Shown here piece by piece: positions 49,583-60,606 of a stretch of DNA of 64,000 bases. Positions within the stretch are counted from its first letter, which is position 1. Every line of letters begins with the position of its first letter. Under the pieces are notes generated by a model, which made no database searches, was not told the DNA's origin, and was given only the letters and a program-made list of their open reading frames with translations. Position numbers and translations under genes: made by a program. The DNA lies in contig OZ220744.1 in assembly GCA_965116925.1 (NCBI GenBank), positions 4,160,001-4,224,000 on the forward strand. The letters run 5' to 3'. The stretch is from Candidatus Poribacteria bacterium (GTDB lineage Bacteria; Poribacteria; WGA-4E; PCPOR2b).

Positions 49583-52500
49583 ATGTCAAATCCAATCCAA
49601 GAACAAACAACACAGTCGGGAAATCTGAACAATTTTGATGCAATTTCAATCCGGATTGCTGCACCAGAACACATTAAGGAATGGTCAAAAAAGACAGCAT
49701 GTCATCAACGAACCAGTGGCTGTGCAACAGGTAACTGTGCATGCGGCGAAGTACGGAAACCTGAAACGATTAACTACCGTACATTTCGCCCCGAACGAGA
49801 TGGCTTGTTCTGTGAGGCGATTTTCGGGCCGCAAAAGGACTGGGAATGCGGCTGCGGTAAGTACAAGCGGATTAAACATAAAGGGGTAATATGTGACCGA
49901 TGCGGTGTTGAAGTTACCCAACAGAAGGTACGTCGTGAACGGATGGGGTATATCGAATTAGCAGCACCGGTATCACACATCTGGTTTTTCAAGGGACTGC
50001 CTTCTCGGATCGGTTTATTTTTAGACCTCCCATTTCGTGAGATTGAACGCGTCATCTATTTTGAGTCGTTCATTGTATTAGAGATTAATGACCCAGACTG
50101 TGGCTTAGAGGTAAAACAGCTCCTGACAGAGGAAGAGTACACAGAATACCAAAATAAATTTCCCAATAGTTTCCGTGTAGGTATGGGGGCAGATGCCATT
50201 CGAGAATTGCTGGAACAGATTGATCTAGATCAGGAAATCGAAACCCTGCGCGCAGAACTCGAAGCGACCGCGAGTAAACAGAAATCTCGCAAACTGTCCA
50301 AGCGGCTGAAACTGGTCATGGGCTTCAAAAAGTCCGGGAATCTGCCACATTGGATGATCCTTACGGTCATTCCGGTAATTCCACCGGACCTGCGCCCGTT
50401 GGTTGCTCTCGACGGTGGGCGGTTTGCTACTAGCGATTTGAACGACCTGTATCGGCGCGTTATTAATCGGAACAACCGTCTGAAACGCCTGATGGAGCTC
50501 CGTGCACCGGAAGTGATTATCCGCAATGAGAAACGAATGCTCCAAGAAGCAGTAGATGCGCTGTTGGACAATGGTCGCCATGGTCGCATGGTACGGGGTC
50601 CGGGCAATCGCCCCCTCAAATCCCTCTCCGATATGCTCAAAGGGAAGCCGGGGCGTTTTCGTCAAAACTTGCTGGGCAAACGTGTGGACTATTCGGGACG
50701 AACCGTGATCGTGGTTGGACCCGAACTCCAGTTGCACCAGTGTGGTTTGCCGAAGAAGATGGCATTGGAGCTGTTCAAGCCGTTCATCATTCATAAGTTG
50801 CAGGCGAAGGGCTATGCTCATACGATTAAACGAGCCAAAAATATGGCGGAGCAGGTCACGGAGGAGGTATGGGAGGTGTTGGAAGAGGTAATTGACGAGC
50901 ATCCAGTGCTCCTGAACCGTGCGCCAACACTCCACCGACTCGGAATTCAAGCGTTCCAACCTGTACTTGTGGAGGGGAAAGCGATTCGCATCAATCCACT
51001 GGTGTGTGAGGCGTTCAATGCCGATTTTGATGGCGACCAGATGGCAGTGCATGTGCCATTAAGTGTTGAGGCACAGGTTGAGGCAAAACTACTGATGATG
51101 GCTACACGAAACCTTCTCAAGCCAGCACATGGTGGTGCCATTGCAGTGCCGAACCGAGATGTCGCAATGGGAGTTAGCTTCCTTACGAAGGCTGTTCCAG
51201 AGGAGGATTGGGAGAAGGTGTGCAAAGTGCCAATCCCACGCACCTATCGGGATACGGAAGAGATTATGCTTGCACACGATTGCGGTGCACTCGGACTGCA
51301 TGATCCCGTAAAGCTGTGCTTTGAGGGAGCAGCACAGCCAATTGTCACAACGGTAGGACGAGTAATCTTTAATCAGGCTATCCCTGATACATTACTGTTT
51401 ACCGATGCCGAGACGCAACAAACGTTGCCATTTGCCAACCAAGAGATGGGTTCCCGCGATCTTTCAGACTTAGTATCTCGTGCTTTTGAGGAATTGGGTA
51501 ATCGCCAAACTGTCGCGTTTATAGATGACCTGAAGCGGCTCGGCTTCCATTATGCAACGCTCGGTGGGATTTCTATTGCCATGCAAGACATGATTATCCC
51601 GCACGAGAAGGCGGAGCTGATAAGGGAAGCACGAAAAGAGGTGGAGCAGATCGAAGCCGATTACCAGAGAGGCGACATGGGCATGAGCGAGGGTGAACGG
51701 TACAACAAAGTGATTGATGTCTGGCATCAACTGATTGAACAGATTGAAACCGCCCTGTTTGATGGACTGGAACAAGGACGTGATGATGAAATTGAAGGAT
51801 TCAATCCCGTTCATATCATGGTGGACTCAGGCGCGATTTCCCGAAGTAAGCGGGATTCAATTCGCCAGTTAGCAGGCTTGCGCGGCTTGATGGCAAAGCC
51901 CTCTGGAGAGATTATCGAGCAGCCGATTGAATCTTGCTTCCACGAAGGATTGTCAGTACTTGAATATTTCATCTCAACGCACGGTGCGCGCAAGGGACTT
52001 GCCGATACCGCTATTAAGACAGCGAGTAGCGGCTACCTGACGCGGAAGTTAGTTGATGTTGCACAAGATGTCATGATAACAACTATCGACTGTGGAACGC
52101 TTGGAGGTATTACCAAGACGACAGATGAAGAGGAGGAAAGTCCATTTTCAGAACGGATTTTTGGACGCACAGCTGCCGATGACATCATCGACTTGAGCAC
52201 AGGTGAAGTACTAGTGCCAAAGGATGAGTTGATTACCCAACAAGCAGCAAAGCAGGTCGAAGCAGTTGGTGTCCCTGAAGTCCGTGTGCGATCTGTGTTG
52301 ACATGCGAAGCCCGATATGGTGCTTGTGCAAAATGTTACGGCACCGATTTAACAAGCAATCATCTCGTAGATGTTGGTGAGGCGATTGGTATCATCGCAG
52401 CACAATCGATCGGGGAGCCGGGCACGCAGTTGACGATGCGGACGTTCCACACCGGCGGCACTGTCAGTGGTGGTGGGTCCCAATCAAGGATTGAAGCTCG

Positions 52501-53902
52501 GCATGATGGGACGGTTCAATATTACAATGTCAGATTTATTGAACGCCCGGTTGAAGCTAATGTGGCATCAGAAGATCAACAGTCCGATACAGAAACGGAA
52601 AGGGTTGTGCTTTCCCGAAATGCACAAATCCGGATTGTTGATGACAATGGATATACGGTGGAGCGGCATACCGCTGATGTTGGCGCGCGATTATACGTCG
52701 AAGACGGGCAAGCAGTAACTAAAGGAAATTCCCAAAATGGCGAACAACCAACGCTGCTGCTTGAGTGGGATCCGTATCAAGTACCGATTCTGACAGAACA
52801 TGCCGGATCCCCTGTGTTCAAGAACATTGATAAAGGCAAAACAGTACGTGAGGAAAGAACCTCCGGTTCAGCAGAGTGGGTCATTATCGAACACAGAGGC
52901 GAAGATCAGCCACAAATTGAGATCCATACCGGGAAAGACGTGATTAGCTATCAGATGCCGACAGGAGCATACCTTTCAGTTCCGGTTAAAGAATTGAAAG
53001 AAGATGAAACTGTTTTGGAGCTAGCTACAGAGCACGTGGAACAAGGAGCGGTCTTGGCACGGCTTCCGCGCGAAAAAGGGCAAAGTCGAGACATTGTGAC
53101 AGGGTTGCCACGGGTCACTGAGCTCTTTGAGGCGCGACGACCGAAGGATACCGCTGTCATCTCCAAGATTGAGGGACAGGTCGAGTTGGAAAGTGCCAGT
53201 CGTGGTGTACGCATCCTGCGTGTGGTGGACGGAGACTATCACGAAAGCCATCGCATTCCACAAGGCAAACACTTAATTGTGCAGGATAATGATAGAGTTG
53301 CTGCCGGAGAACGGTTGACAGATGGACCAATCAACCCGCACGATATCCTTGAAGTGAAAGGGGAAGAGGCGGTTCAGAATTACTTGGTCAATGAAGTTCA
53401 AGATGTATACAGAACACAAGGCGAGCGTATCAACGACAAGCACATCGAAGTCATTGTACGGCAGATGCTAAGTAAGGTCAAAATCGAGAATCCGGGTGAT
53501 ACCGAATTTCTTGAGGAGGAGGAAATAGAACGTACAGCTTTCAATCGAGCGAATCGCCACGTTATTGAAAACGGCGGGCAGCCTGCAACAGCTGAATCGG
53601 TTTTACAAGGAATCACGAAGGCATCCCTGTCCACGGAAAGCTTCATCTCTGCCGCTTCGTTCCAGCAGACAACCAATGTACTGACGAGAGCTTCAGTTAT
53701 TGGCAAACGAGATCGGCTCGTCGGTCTGAAGGAAAATGTCATTATGGGACATCTTATCCCGGCAGGTACAGGCGTGTCTAAGTTTCGGAAGATTCGCGCT
53801 TTCCCGACAGGCGAAGCACAGCTTGAATCTAATGCGGATTCAGAGCAATCTGAGTTGACTGATTCTCTATCGTCTCAGGTCGATGAACCGGCAGCAGATT
53901 AG
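49583..53902 (+). CDS. rpoC: RNA polymerase beta' subunit
   Basis: [21 protein letters not shown], Zn-ribbon, [15 protein letters not shown]. Confidence 0.99.
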   Translation: MSNPIQEQTTQSGNLNNFDAISIRIAAPEHIKEWSKKTACHQRTSGCATGNCACGEVRKPETINYRTFRPERDGLFCEAIFGPQKDWECGCGKYKRIKHKGVICDRCGVEVTQQKVRRERMGYIELAAPVSHIWFFKGLPSRIGLFLDLPFREIERVIYFESFIVLEINDPDCGLEVKQLLTEEEYTEYQNKFPNSFRVGMGADAIRELLEQIDLDQEIETLRAELEATASKQKSRKLSKRLKLVMGFKKSGNLPHWMILTVIPVIPPDLRPLVALDGGRFATSDLNDLYRRVINRNNRLKRLMELRAPEVIIRNEKRMLQEAVDALLDNGRHGRMVRGPGNRPLKSLSDMLKGKPGRFRQNLLGKRVDYSGRTVIVVGPELQLHQCGLPKKMALELFKPFIIHKLQAKGYAHTIKRAKNMAEQVTEEVWEVLEEVIDEHPVLLNRAPTLHRLGIQAFQPVLVEGKAIRINPLVCEAFNADFDGDQMAVHVPLSVEAQVEAKLLMMATRNLLKPAHGGAIAVPNRDVAMGVSFLTKAVPEEDWEKVCKVPIPRTYRDTEEIMLAHDCGALGLHDPVKLCFEGAAQPIVTTVGRVIFNQAIPDTLLFTDAETQQTLPFANQEMGSRDLSDLVSRAFEELGNRQTVAFIDDLKRLGFHYATLGGISIAMQDMIIPHEKAELIREARKEVEQIEADYQRGDMGMSEGERYNKVIDVWHQLIEQIETALFDGLEQGRDDEIEGFNPVHIMVDSGAISRSKRDSIRQLAGLRGLMAKPSGEIIEQPIESCFHEGLSVLEYFISTHGARKGLADTAIKTASSGYLTRKLVDVAQDVMITTIDCGTLGGITKTTDEEEESPFSERIFGRTAADDIIDLSTGEVLVPKDELITQQAAKQVEAVGVPEVRVRSVLTCEARYGACAKCYGTDLTSNHLVDVGEAIGIIAAQSIGEPGTQLTMRTFHTGGTVSGGGSQSRIEARHDGTVQYYNVRFIERPVEANVASEDQQSDTETERVVLSRNAQIRIVDDNGYTVERHTADVGARLYVEDGQAVTKGNSQNGEQPTLLLEWDPYQVPILTEHAGSPVFKNIDKGKTVREERTSGSAEWVIIEHRGEDQPQIEIHTGKDVISYQMPTGAYLSVPVKELKEDETVLELATEHVEQGAVLARLPREKGQSRDIVTGLPRVTELFEARRPKDTAVISKIEGQVELESASRGVRILRVVDGDYHESHRIPQGKHLIVQDNDRVAAGERLTDGPINPHDILEVKGEEAVQNYLVNEVQDVYRTQGERINDKHIEVIVRQMLSKVKIENPGDTEFLEEEEIERTAFNRANRHVIENGGQPATAESVLQGITKASLSTESFISAASFQQTTNVLTRASVIGKRDRLVGLKENVIMGHLIPAGTGVSKFRKIRAFPTGEAQLESNADSEQSELTDSLSSQVDEPAAD

Positions 53903-53923
53903 GCCTGAATGGTTCCGAGATGC

Positions 53924-54784
53924 TTACTCTGTAGCTGAGAGAAAGTCGTCCAATTCTTTCCATGAATCAATGAGTAGAATGGTTCCTTGATAACGCCGTG
54001 AAGCATCGAATCGCGTACCCTCTTGGAGTCGCAGGGTTGGGAGGCGAAACCGTTCAATCGTTTGCATTGCTGTGTGGTTCTGCCCAATCAGCACCCCTAA
54101 ATCTGCGTCAAGGATAGCGAGAAAATCTGAGATCGAATCTCCAATATACAGCGTCCGTTTTACTCCCCCGTCCCCGGTTCCATCGGGGTTCGGGGGATTT
54201 TTTTTTCGTGACCTGAACTTTCTCAACTTATCTCGTGCCGAAACGACATGCAGATGGATGTTCCCGGTCGAACGCCCTGTCGCATCATACTGCAAACTGT
54301 TGGTGATTATCTGATCACATAGCCCCTCTGTTGCCCCTTGAATCAAAGTTTTCGACCAATTGGCAGATAAAATCTCAATCGCAACGCCCTCCCGACGAAG
54401 TCGGGACAACGCCTGATCAACCCCCGGTTTCTTGACAACGTTCCGCCCAACCGTTCTTAATCTTTCCTTTGTTAGTCCTTCCAGAAAGCCTTTCGCTATT
54501 ACCCGTTGTATGGAGGCTGTTTCCAGTTCCTCAAAGGATTTTAGGTAATCAACAAGCGAATGCCGATGGTCCTGCCACGCATCGCACACTCGATGATACC
54601 GCGTCAAAAACCATTCCACCATCTCCTGCCAAGCTGCGAGAAACTCCTCTTTCTCATGCCCACGGTTGTCAGCCGCTGTATGCACAAGCGTGCTGATAGT
54701 ATCCCGTTCCGATATTGTTTCGTCAAAATCGGTGATAAGTTTATGGATTGGGTAGTTTGGCATACGGTGTTGCTCGTCGCTCAC
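53924..54784 (-). CDS. HAD-superfamily phosphatase
   Basis: DFDETIS motif I, ILSANW motif II, YIGDSISD motif IV. Confidence 0.8.
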   Translation of the reverse strand: MSDEQHRMPNYPIHKLITDFDETISERDTISTLVHTAADNRGHEKEEFLAAWQEMVEWFLTRYHRVCDAWQDHRHSLVDYLKSFEELETASIQRVIAKGFLEGLTKERLRTVGRNVVKKPGVDQALSRLRREGVAIEILSANWSKTLIQGATEGLCDQIITNSLQYDATGRSTGNIHLHVVSARDKLRKFRSRKKNPPNPDGTGDGGVKRTLYIGDSISDFLAILDADLGVLIGQNHTAMQTIERFRLPTLRLQEGTRFDASRRYQGTILLIDSWKELDDFLSATE

Positions 54785-54785
54785 A

Positions 54786-55808
54786 TTATTGCGGCTTAAA
54801 TTGTACTGCTAATTTCTCCGCCCATGCTTGGTTGGCATCAATGGTCCGTCCGGCGTTATGGGGTGTGTGGACGACGTTATGTCGCCCCAGAAGTGGATCG
54901 TCTAACGGAAGCGGTTCGACATCCCAGACATCGGCAGCAAGGCTCAATTCGTCGGCAAGAACCCGCCTTCGCACTGCTTCCATATCGCAAATCCCTGCAC
55001 GCGTTGCCAGCACTACTAAACAACCTTTCGGCAGCGCGTTGATATGCTCTGCGGTAACAATGCCCCGCGTTGATTCTAGTAAAGGCACCATCGGTGCGAA
55101 GATTTCAGCGTCTTTAACCAATTCAGAAAGATGCCATTCCTTCCGAGAACCCGCCCGATGAAAACAGGGTTCACTGGCATACGGATCCCAAACCGCTACA
55201 TCCGCACCCAGCATGTGCACAAAACTGGCGTAGCGACTGCTAATGTTTCCAGCACCGACAATACGCACCCGTTTTCCTGCAATCGTGCCACTGGTAAAGT
55301 TTGAATCATCACCAAATTGATGTCCACGTCCCCCGGGAGTCCCCATGCCGTTGGGTGCTTCGTAATCCCAAGGCACTAAGCTGCTAAGGATCGCACGATG
55401 TAGTTGTGGGATACGACGCAATCCGCACAGCGTCAACGCAAGAGCGTATTCCGACACAGTTTGGCCCCAAAATCCCTCGGTCGGGTGATTATAAACCGTG
55501 ATTCCTGCCTGCTGGATATGCTCCTGAATCGGTCCCTCTGATACACTACTTCCGTAGCTCCCTTGAAAGGTCGCCTCCTCTAGTTCCGTAAAACGCTGCA
55601 GACATTCCAACGTCACGGGCACACTAAGACACGCGAGCCGTTTAATTTCAGCGGGGTTTGAAGTGATCTCACCGAGATTTCGCTCGTCGCTGGGTTCGAG
55701 GCGTATGAATTCGACATCTCCCTGTGCCTGCCACAATGTGTGGAAGTGATCTGCTGCAAAGGGCCAAACGCCGTCAAAACGGGGATGGACAACTATTAAG
55801 CTGCTCAT
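54786..55808 (-). CDS. D-isomer-specific 2-hydroxyacid dehydrogenase family protein
   Basis: VRIVGAGNI, VPL...TRG, AADVWDVEPL, TPHNAG. Confidence 0.88.
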   Translation of the reverse strand: MSSLIVVHPRFDGVWPFAADHFHTLWQAQGDVEFIRLEPSDERNLGEITSNPAEIKRLACLSVPVTLECLQRFTELEEATFQGSYGSSVSEGPIQEHIQQAGITVYNHPTEGFWGQTVSEYALALTLCGLRRIPQLHRAILSSLVPWDYEAPNGMGTPGGRGHQFGDDSNFTSGTIAGKRVRIVGAGNISSRYASFVHMLGADVAVWDPYASEPCFHRAGSRKEWHLSELVKDAEIFAPMVPLLESTRGIVTAEHINALPKGCLVVLATRAGICDMEAVRRRVLADELSLAADVWDVEPLPLDDPLLGRHNVVHTPHNAGRTIDANQAWAEKLAVQFKPQ

Positions 55809-55960
55809 TAATTAATGCTCCTTTCTGCTACTAATTTTTGATCAAGCCCCGCCTCACTCTGATTAACTATACGATTTTGCGAGGAGAGTTAATAATTTTG
55901 TCGTGATAAGAAGACACAGGTCTTTCGGTCTAGATCCGGTATGCGCCACACGTTGGGAAT

Positions 55961-56063
55961 TATAGTAGATTTTAGAATTAATGGGACACGCCAAACCGGT
56001 GCGGTTACAAACCGCACCTACCGGGGGGGCGCAAGTGTTTCTTTATTTTTTGAATTCACTATA
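55961..56063. mobile_element. Correia-like MITE, empty form (103 bp)
   Basis: Same outer sequence as 13286 and 27250 copies; intact central REP GGTGCGGTTACAAACCGCACCTAC. Confidence 0.8.
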
Positions 56064-57119
56064 AATGCCTGTAAATAATCTAATATAGGTCCGAGCGACT
56101 TTCAAATCCTCCAACGCTTCCTCCGAGGTGCAGGGCGGATCAGTCTCTCCCTTGATGGCCGTTACGAAATTAATCGCTTGCTGTCGCATGGCATGTACTG
56201 AAGGAAATTGTGGCACTATGGTCTCTGGGGGAATGCCTTCGCCGGGGTCACGTAGTATTTCAACACGACCGGGCCGGTTGCTCGCTAACGGCGCCGGCAA
56301 GTCAATTTTCACGTAACCCCGCTCAAAACACACAAGCGCAGATTCCTGCCAATCAATCGTTGTGCTGTAAGGGGACATTTCAATGGTGCAGGCGATGCCG
56401 TTCTCGCTCTGTCCCGCTAGTAGTACGCCAGAAGGATCGGCATAGGTGACCGTGTAGGGTTCTCCAAGCAGGTAGCGCGTCAGATTGATCTGATGAATAT
56501 AATAATTGACAAAACCGTTATACTGGTTGCGGACTTCCTCATTCATGCCGGCGGCGGGGGGATCCCACTCCAGTGAAGGGGCCGGGGAGTCGTCTCGAAT
56601 CAGGTCATTAAAGCCGCCAGCCACCCAATCTCCCGAAGGCATCAGAATACGAACATACGTCATTTTGCCAAGTTCACCCGATACTTTGAAACGCTCGATT
56701 TCCGTCTTTGCGTACATTGTTGCTGGGTCACTGCGTTTGTGATAGCCAACCATGTGCCAGGTCCCACTCGTCCTCATGGCAGCCACAATTTTTTCGCCCG
56801 CTTCGATGGAAGCGGCAAGTGGTTTTTCAGTAAAGACGGGGACCCCCGCCTTGAGAAGTTCAGGTACAAGTATCCCGTATCGACCAAAGGGTTGGGCAGC
56901 CACAATACCATCTAACGCTTCGTTTTGTAACATCTCTTCGTGTGTAGGATAGGCATTTGGGATACCGTAGCGGGCAGCGACTTTTCGACGCAGGGACTCA
57001 CGTATCTCGGCAATCGCAACTACTTGACAAATATCCAAATTCGCATAGTTCTTCAAGTGGGCGCATTGTCCCATGTTGCCGACACCGACGAATCCAATTC
57101 TAATTTTCTGATTCGACAT
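56043..57119 (-). CDS. Gfo/Idh/MocA family oxidoreductase
   Basis: IRIGFVGVGNMG, VFTEKPLA, MVGYHKR. Confidence 0.9.
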   Translation of the reverse strand: MSNQKIRIGFVGVGNMGQCAHLKNYANLDICQVVAIAEIRESLRRKVAARYGIPNAYPTHEEMLQNEALDGIVAAQPFGRYGILVPELLKAGVPVFTEKPLAASIEAGEKIVAAMRTSGTWHMVGYHKRSDPATMYAKTEIERFKVSGELGKMTYVRILMPSGDWVAGGFNDLIRDDSPAPSLEWDPPAAGMNEEVRNQYNGFVNYYIHQINLTRYLLGEPYTVTYADPSGVLLAGQSENGIACTIEMSPYSTTIDWQESALVCFERGYVKIDLPAPLASNRPGRVEILRDPGEGIPPETIVPQFPSVHAMRQQAINFVTAIKGETDPPCTSEEALEDLKVARTYIRLFTGIYSEFKK

Positions 57120-57189
57120 ACTATGATTCCTTTCCGAAGCCTATCTTATCAGATTTACCAGACACGGTCAATCCCAAAGTGGTATCCGT

Positions 57190-57472
57190 TAGGGTCATTT
57201 ATGGCAGATGATAGAATTACTTAGACAGTTCCAATGGACATGTACAGATTGGGAAATCTGTACCCACAAACAACCCCCTAAATCCCCCCCGATTTCATCG
57301 GGATGTACCACTTGTCAGGGGGACTTTGGCGAATGTTCACTTATTTGTCTAATTCACCATAATTCTTCCGCAGCTCGATGTCTTGGTTAACGCAACGGCG
57401 GGGCAAGATGCCCCGCCTACGGGTTCGGGTCGTTCCAAAATCGGTCAAAAAACCAAAAACTAAATGACCCTA
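57190..57472. mobile_element. MITE with 12-bp TIR and 9-bp target duplication, with nested Correia-like element (57200-57360)
   Basis: TAGGGTCATTTA/TAAATGACCCTA flanked by GGTATCCGT on both sides. Confidence 0.8.
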
Positions 57473-57493
57473 GGTATCCGTGCGCCGATGGTG

Positions 57494-57522
57494 TTGACAA
57501 ACTTTCCTAGTACCCTTATAAT
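57494..57522 (+). promoter_or_regulatory. Consensus sigma70 promoter
   Basis: TTGACA-N17-TATAAT upstream of the Ldh_2 gene. Confidence 0.75.
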
Positions 57523-57598
57523 GAGCCCCTAATACATGGAATCATTTAGGATTAAAAATTGTTAATTCACAATTGATAATAGCCGGAGGAGATTGATA

Positions 57599-58657
57599 AT
57601 GCCAGTTTTCACTGCGGAGGTATTGGCGCGAACATGCCTGAAGGTTTTCCGCGCGATGGGTATCTCTGATGCAGAGTCTGAAGTTGTGACACGCTCCATG
57701 GTTGACGCCAATCTGGTCGGACATGACTCGCACGGGATTATTCACTTGCCAAAGTACGTTAGCGAAATTGAGGAGTCTCTGATTCGACCGGGGGCAACAA
57801 TTGAAGTCAAACGCGAATCCCCTTCAATGGCAGCCCTTGATGGAAATTGGGGATTTGGACCCGTAATCGCGACACATGGGATGAAATTAGCAATTGAAAA
57901 GGCAAAAGCGACCGATGTTAGTACGGTCACGATTTCCCGTTCTAACGAGACCGGCAGATTAGGGGGATATGTGCTGATTGCGGCGGCAGAGAATATGATC
58001 GGGATCTTGACGGTGAACGACCATGGTGGCGGTCAAAATGTCGCGCCTTATGGAGGGATTGAGGGACGGCTTTCGACCAATCCGCTGGCTTGTGCCATTC
58101 CGGTTGAAGGGCACGAGCCTATTTTGTTGGATATGTCCACAAGCGTCGTCGCAGCAGGAAAGGTGCGGGTGAGGCGGCATCGGAAGGAAGCTGCCCCGGA
58201 GGGGTGGCTTATTGATGCTGCGGGAAATCCGACAACCGATGTCGAGGATTTTTATGGATCTCCACCCGGCGCGCTGCTTCCTTTTGGAGGGATCGCTGCA
58301 CAAAAAGGATTCGGACTCAGTATCGTTGTCGATATCCTCTCTGGCGCGTTGAGTGGGGCGGGCTGTACCAGCCAAGAGGGTTCAAGGGTGGGCAATGGTG
58401 TGTTCATCACAGTTATCAACATCGCCAGTTTTGTGGACCTGTCAGATTTCAATGCAGAGGTCAATCGCTTCATTGACTACATCAAGTCTTCCAAACGTTT
58501 ACCCGGGGTTGAGGCAATCCGCATTCCGGGTGAGCGGGGCAGGGGTGAACAGGAAAAACGGATGCGGGAGGGAATCTTTGTCGAAGAAAGCACGTGGGAA
58601 CAGATTCAAGAGGTCATGCGAAAATATCAACTCCCAATTCCTGATCCGTTGACATAG
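57599..58657 (+). CDS. Ldh_2 family (malate/L-lactate/sulfolactate-type) oxidoreductase
   Basis: ANLVGHDSHG, DGNWGFG, STNPLA, LDMSTS, LLPFGG...KGFGL, IPGE. Confidence 0.9.
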   Translation: MPVFTAEVLARTCLKVFRAMGISDAESEVVTRSMVDANLVGHDSHGIIHLPKYVSEIEESLIRPGATIEVKRESPSMAALDGNWGFGPVIATHGMKLAIEKAKATDVSTVTISRSNETGRLGGYVLIAAAENMIGILTVNDHGGGQNVAPYGGIEGRLSTNPLACAIPVEGHEPILLDMSTSVVAAGKVRVRRHRKEAAPEGWLIDAAGNPTTDVEDFYGSPPGALLPFGGIAAQKGFGLSIVVDILSGALSGAGCTSQEGSRVGNGVFITVINIASFVDLSDFNAEVNRFIDYIKSSKRLPGVEAIRIPGERGRGEQEKRMREGIFVEESTWEQIQEVMRKYQLPIPDPLT

Positions 58658-58842
58658 CCGGTGCGGGAGCGCATTGCATTAACTGCATAGGAAAAATCTT
58701 GCTTCTTTTGGATCAGATGTGCTACCTTATGACTTATCGATGTTAGTGTTGTGGTCTTAGGAGATAGCGACATGATAAACAAAAGCCTTAATTTGGGTGG
58801 ACATATCCCGGACTTGTGGTGTGCAGTATACAAGGAGACCGT

Positions 58843-60603
58843 ATGGGAACAGGGCAAGCTGCCATAAAACTTCTGCGTTATCGTCCGGGACTCTTTCTGT
58901 TCACAATACTGTTTCGCGGGGCAGATGACCTTGTCCCACTTCTGACCGGACTGGTCCTGAAAGGGTTCTTCGATGCCCTTACAGGCGATGCACAAGCGGG
59001 ATTCGACGTATGGACCTGTGTAGCACTGTTTATCGCTGTTGAGGTTGGTGATGTAATCGTCCTGTTTGGATCGGCAGTCGTTTGGCCCCGGTGGTGGTAC
59101 GCAGTAGAATCGCTTCTTCGCAAAAACCTGATGGCGGTCTTGCTTAACGTGCACACACCGCGCCGTGTTTCAAGTGCCTCTGGCGATGTAACCAATCGTT
59201 TCCGTGATGACGTGGGAACGATTGTTAGGTACTTGGAGCGGTACATTCATCTGTGGGGCAACCTCATCTTTGCCGTACTCGCGATCATCGTGATGGTGCG
59301 GATAAGCGTGATGATTACACTCGTTACGGTCATTCCGTCTATCCTCGTCGTAATTATTATTGATGCAGCAAGGAAATATATCCATAAATATCGAACAGCA
59401 CAACGGGTTGCCACAGCGCAGTCAACAAACTTCATCAACGAAATGTTCCAGGCAGTATTGGCGATCAAGGTTGCAACGATGGAGTCAAATGTCATCTCGC
59501 ACTTTCGCCGGCTTAACGATGCGCGCCGAAAATCGACCCTGATAGATAACCTGCTTGAACAACTCCTGCGCTCGATTAATCAAAATCTTGGAAACATAGC
59601 AACAGGCGTGATTCTCATACTCGCTGCGGAGAAGCTGAAATCAGGTGAATTTACCGTCGGAGATATTGTCCTCTTTATGGCGTACGTGGGTGAAGTTGCT
59701 AGGAGCGGTTCGCTACTAGGTACGGTGATGACACACCATGCACGCGCAGAAATTTCCTTTGGTCGAATGGAGCGAATCAGTGATGAGACACCACCAAGCA
59801 TACTCGCCCAACATAGTCCGGTCTACCTCCGAGGCGATCTGCCTGCTGTTCCGGTCCCTGTCAAGACGGACGCCGATCAACTCCATGAATTAACAGTCAA
59901 GGGATTGACCTACCGTTACGAAGGATCGGAGAATGGGATTCACGACATCGATCTACAGATACCCTCCGGTTCATTCATTGTGATTACCGGACGAATTGGG
60001 GCGGGCAAATCGACTCTTCTGCGAACCCTCCTAGGGGTGCTGCCGAAGGAGTCCGGGGAGATTCGCTGGAATGGCGAGATGGTAGACGATTCAAAATCGT
60101 TCTTCGTGCCGCCCCGCTGTGCCTACACCCCACAAGTTCCGCAACTTTTCAGCGAACCACTCAAAGACAATATTCTCATGGGATTACCAGATGACCCGGA
60201 GGCACTTAACCGGGCGATCCGGTTGGGTGTGATGGAGGAGGACCTCCCGACGCTCGAAAACGGGTTAGATACAATCGTCGGTCCACGGGGAGTCAAGCTA
60301 TCGGGAGGGCAGATACAACGCGCCGCTGCGACACGGATGTTTATCCGTCCTGCGGAACTCTTTGTTTTTGACGATCTATCTTCTGCACTCGACGTGGAGA
60401 CAGAACGGGTGCTGTGGGATCGCGTCTTTGAAACAGACCATTCTACCTGTCTTGTTGTTTCCCATCGCCGGCCGGCCCTCCGTCGTGCGGATAAGATTAT
60501 TGTCCTGAAGGCCGGGCGGGTTGAGGGGGTAGGTACACTGGATTCCCTCCTAGCTTCCTGTGAAGAGATGCAACGGCTGTGGCGAGGGGAAGTAGACGCC
60601 TAA
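58843..60603 (+). CDS. ABC exporter, fused permease + ATP-binding subunit
   Basis: TM domain; GRIGAGKS, LSGGQ, VFDD, VSH; AAGGAG RBS. Confidence 0.92.
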   Translation: MGTGQAAIKLLRYRPGLFLFTILFRGADDLVPLLTGLVLKGFFDALTGDAQAGFDVWTCVALFIAVEVGDVIVLFGSAVVWPRWWYAVESLLRKNLMAVLLNVHTPRRVSSASGDVTNRFRDDVGTIVRYLERYIHLWGNLIFAVLAIIVMVRISVMITLVTVIPSILVVIIIDAARKYIHKYRTAQRVATAQSTNFINEMFQAVLAIKVATMESNVISHFRRLNDARRKSTLIDNLLEQLLRSINQNLGNIATGVILILAAEKLKSGEFTVGDIVLFMAYVGEVARSGSLLGTVMTHHARAEISFGRMERISDETPPSILAQHSPVYLRGDLPAVPVPVKTDADQLHELTVKGLTYRYEGSENGIHDIDLQIPSGSFIVITGRIGAGKSTLLRTLLGVLPKESGEIRWNGEMVDDSKSFFVPPRCAYTPQVPQLFSEPLKDNILMGLPDDPEALNRAIRLGVMEEDLPTLENGLDTIVGPRGVKLSGGQIQRAAATRMFIRPAELFVFDDLSSALDVETERVLWDRVFETDHSTCLVVSHRRPALRRADKIIVLKAGRVEGVGTLDSLLASCEEMQRLWRGEVDA

Positions 60604-60606
60604 TTC

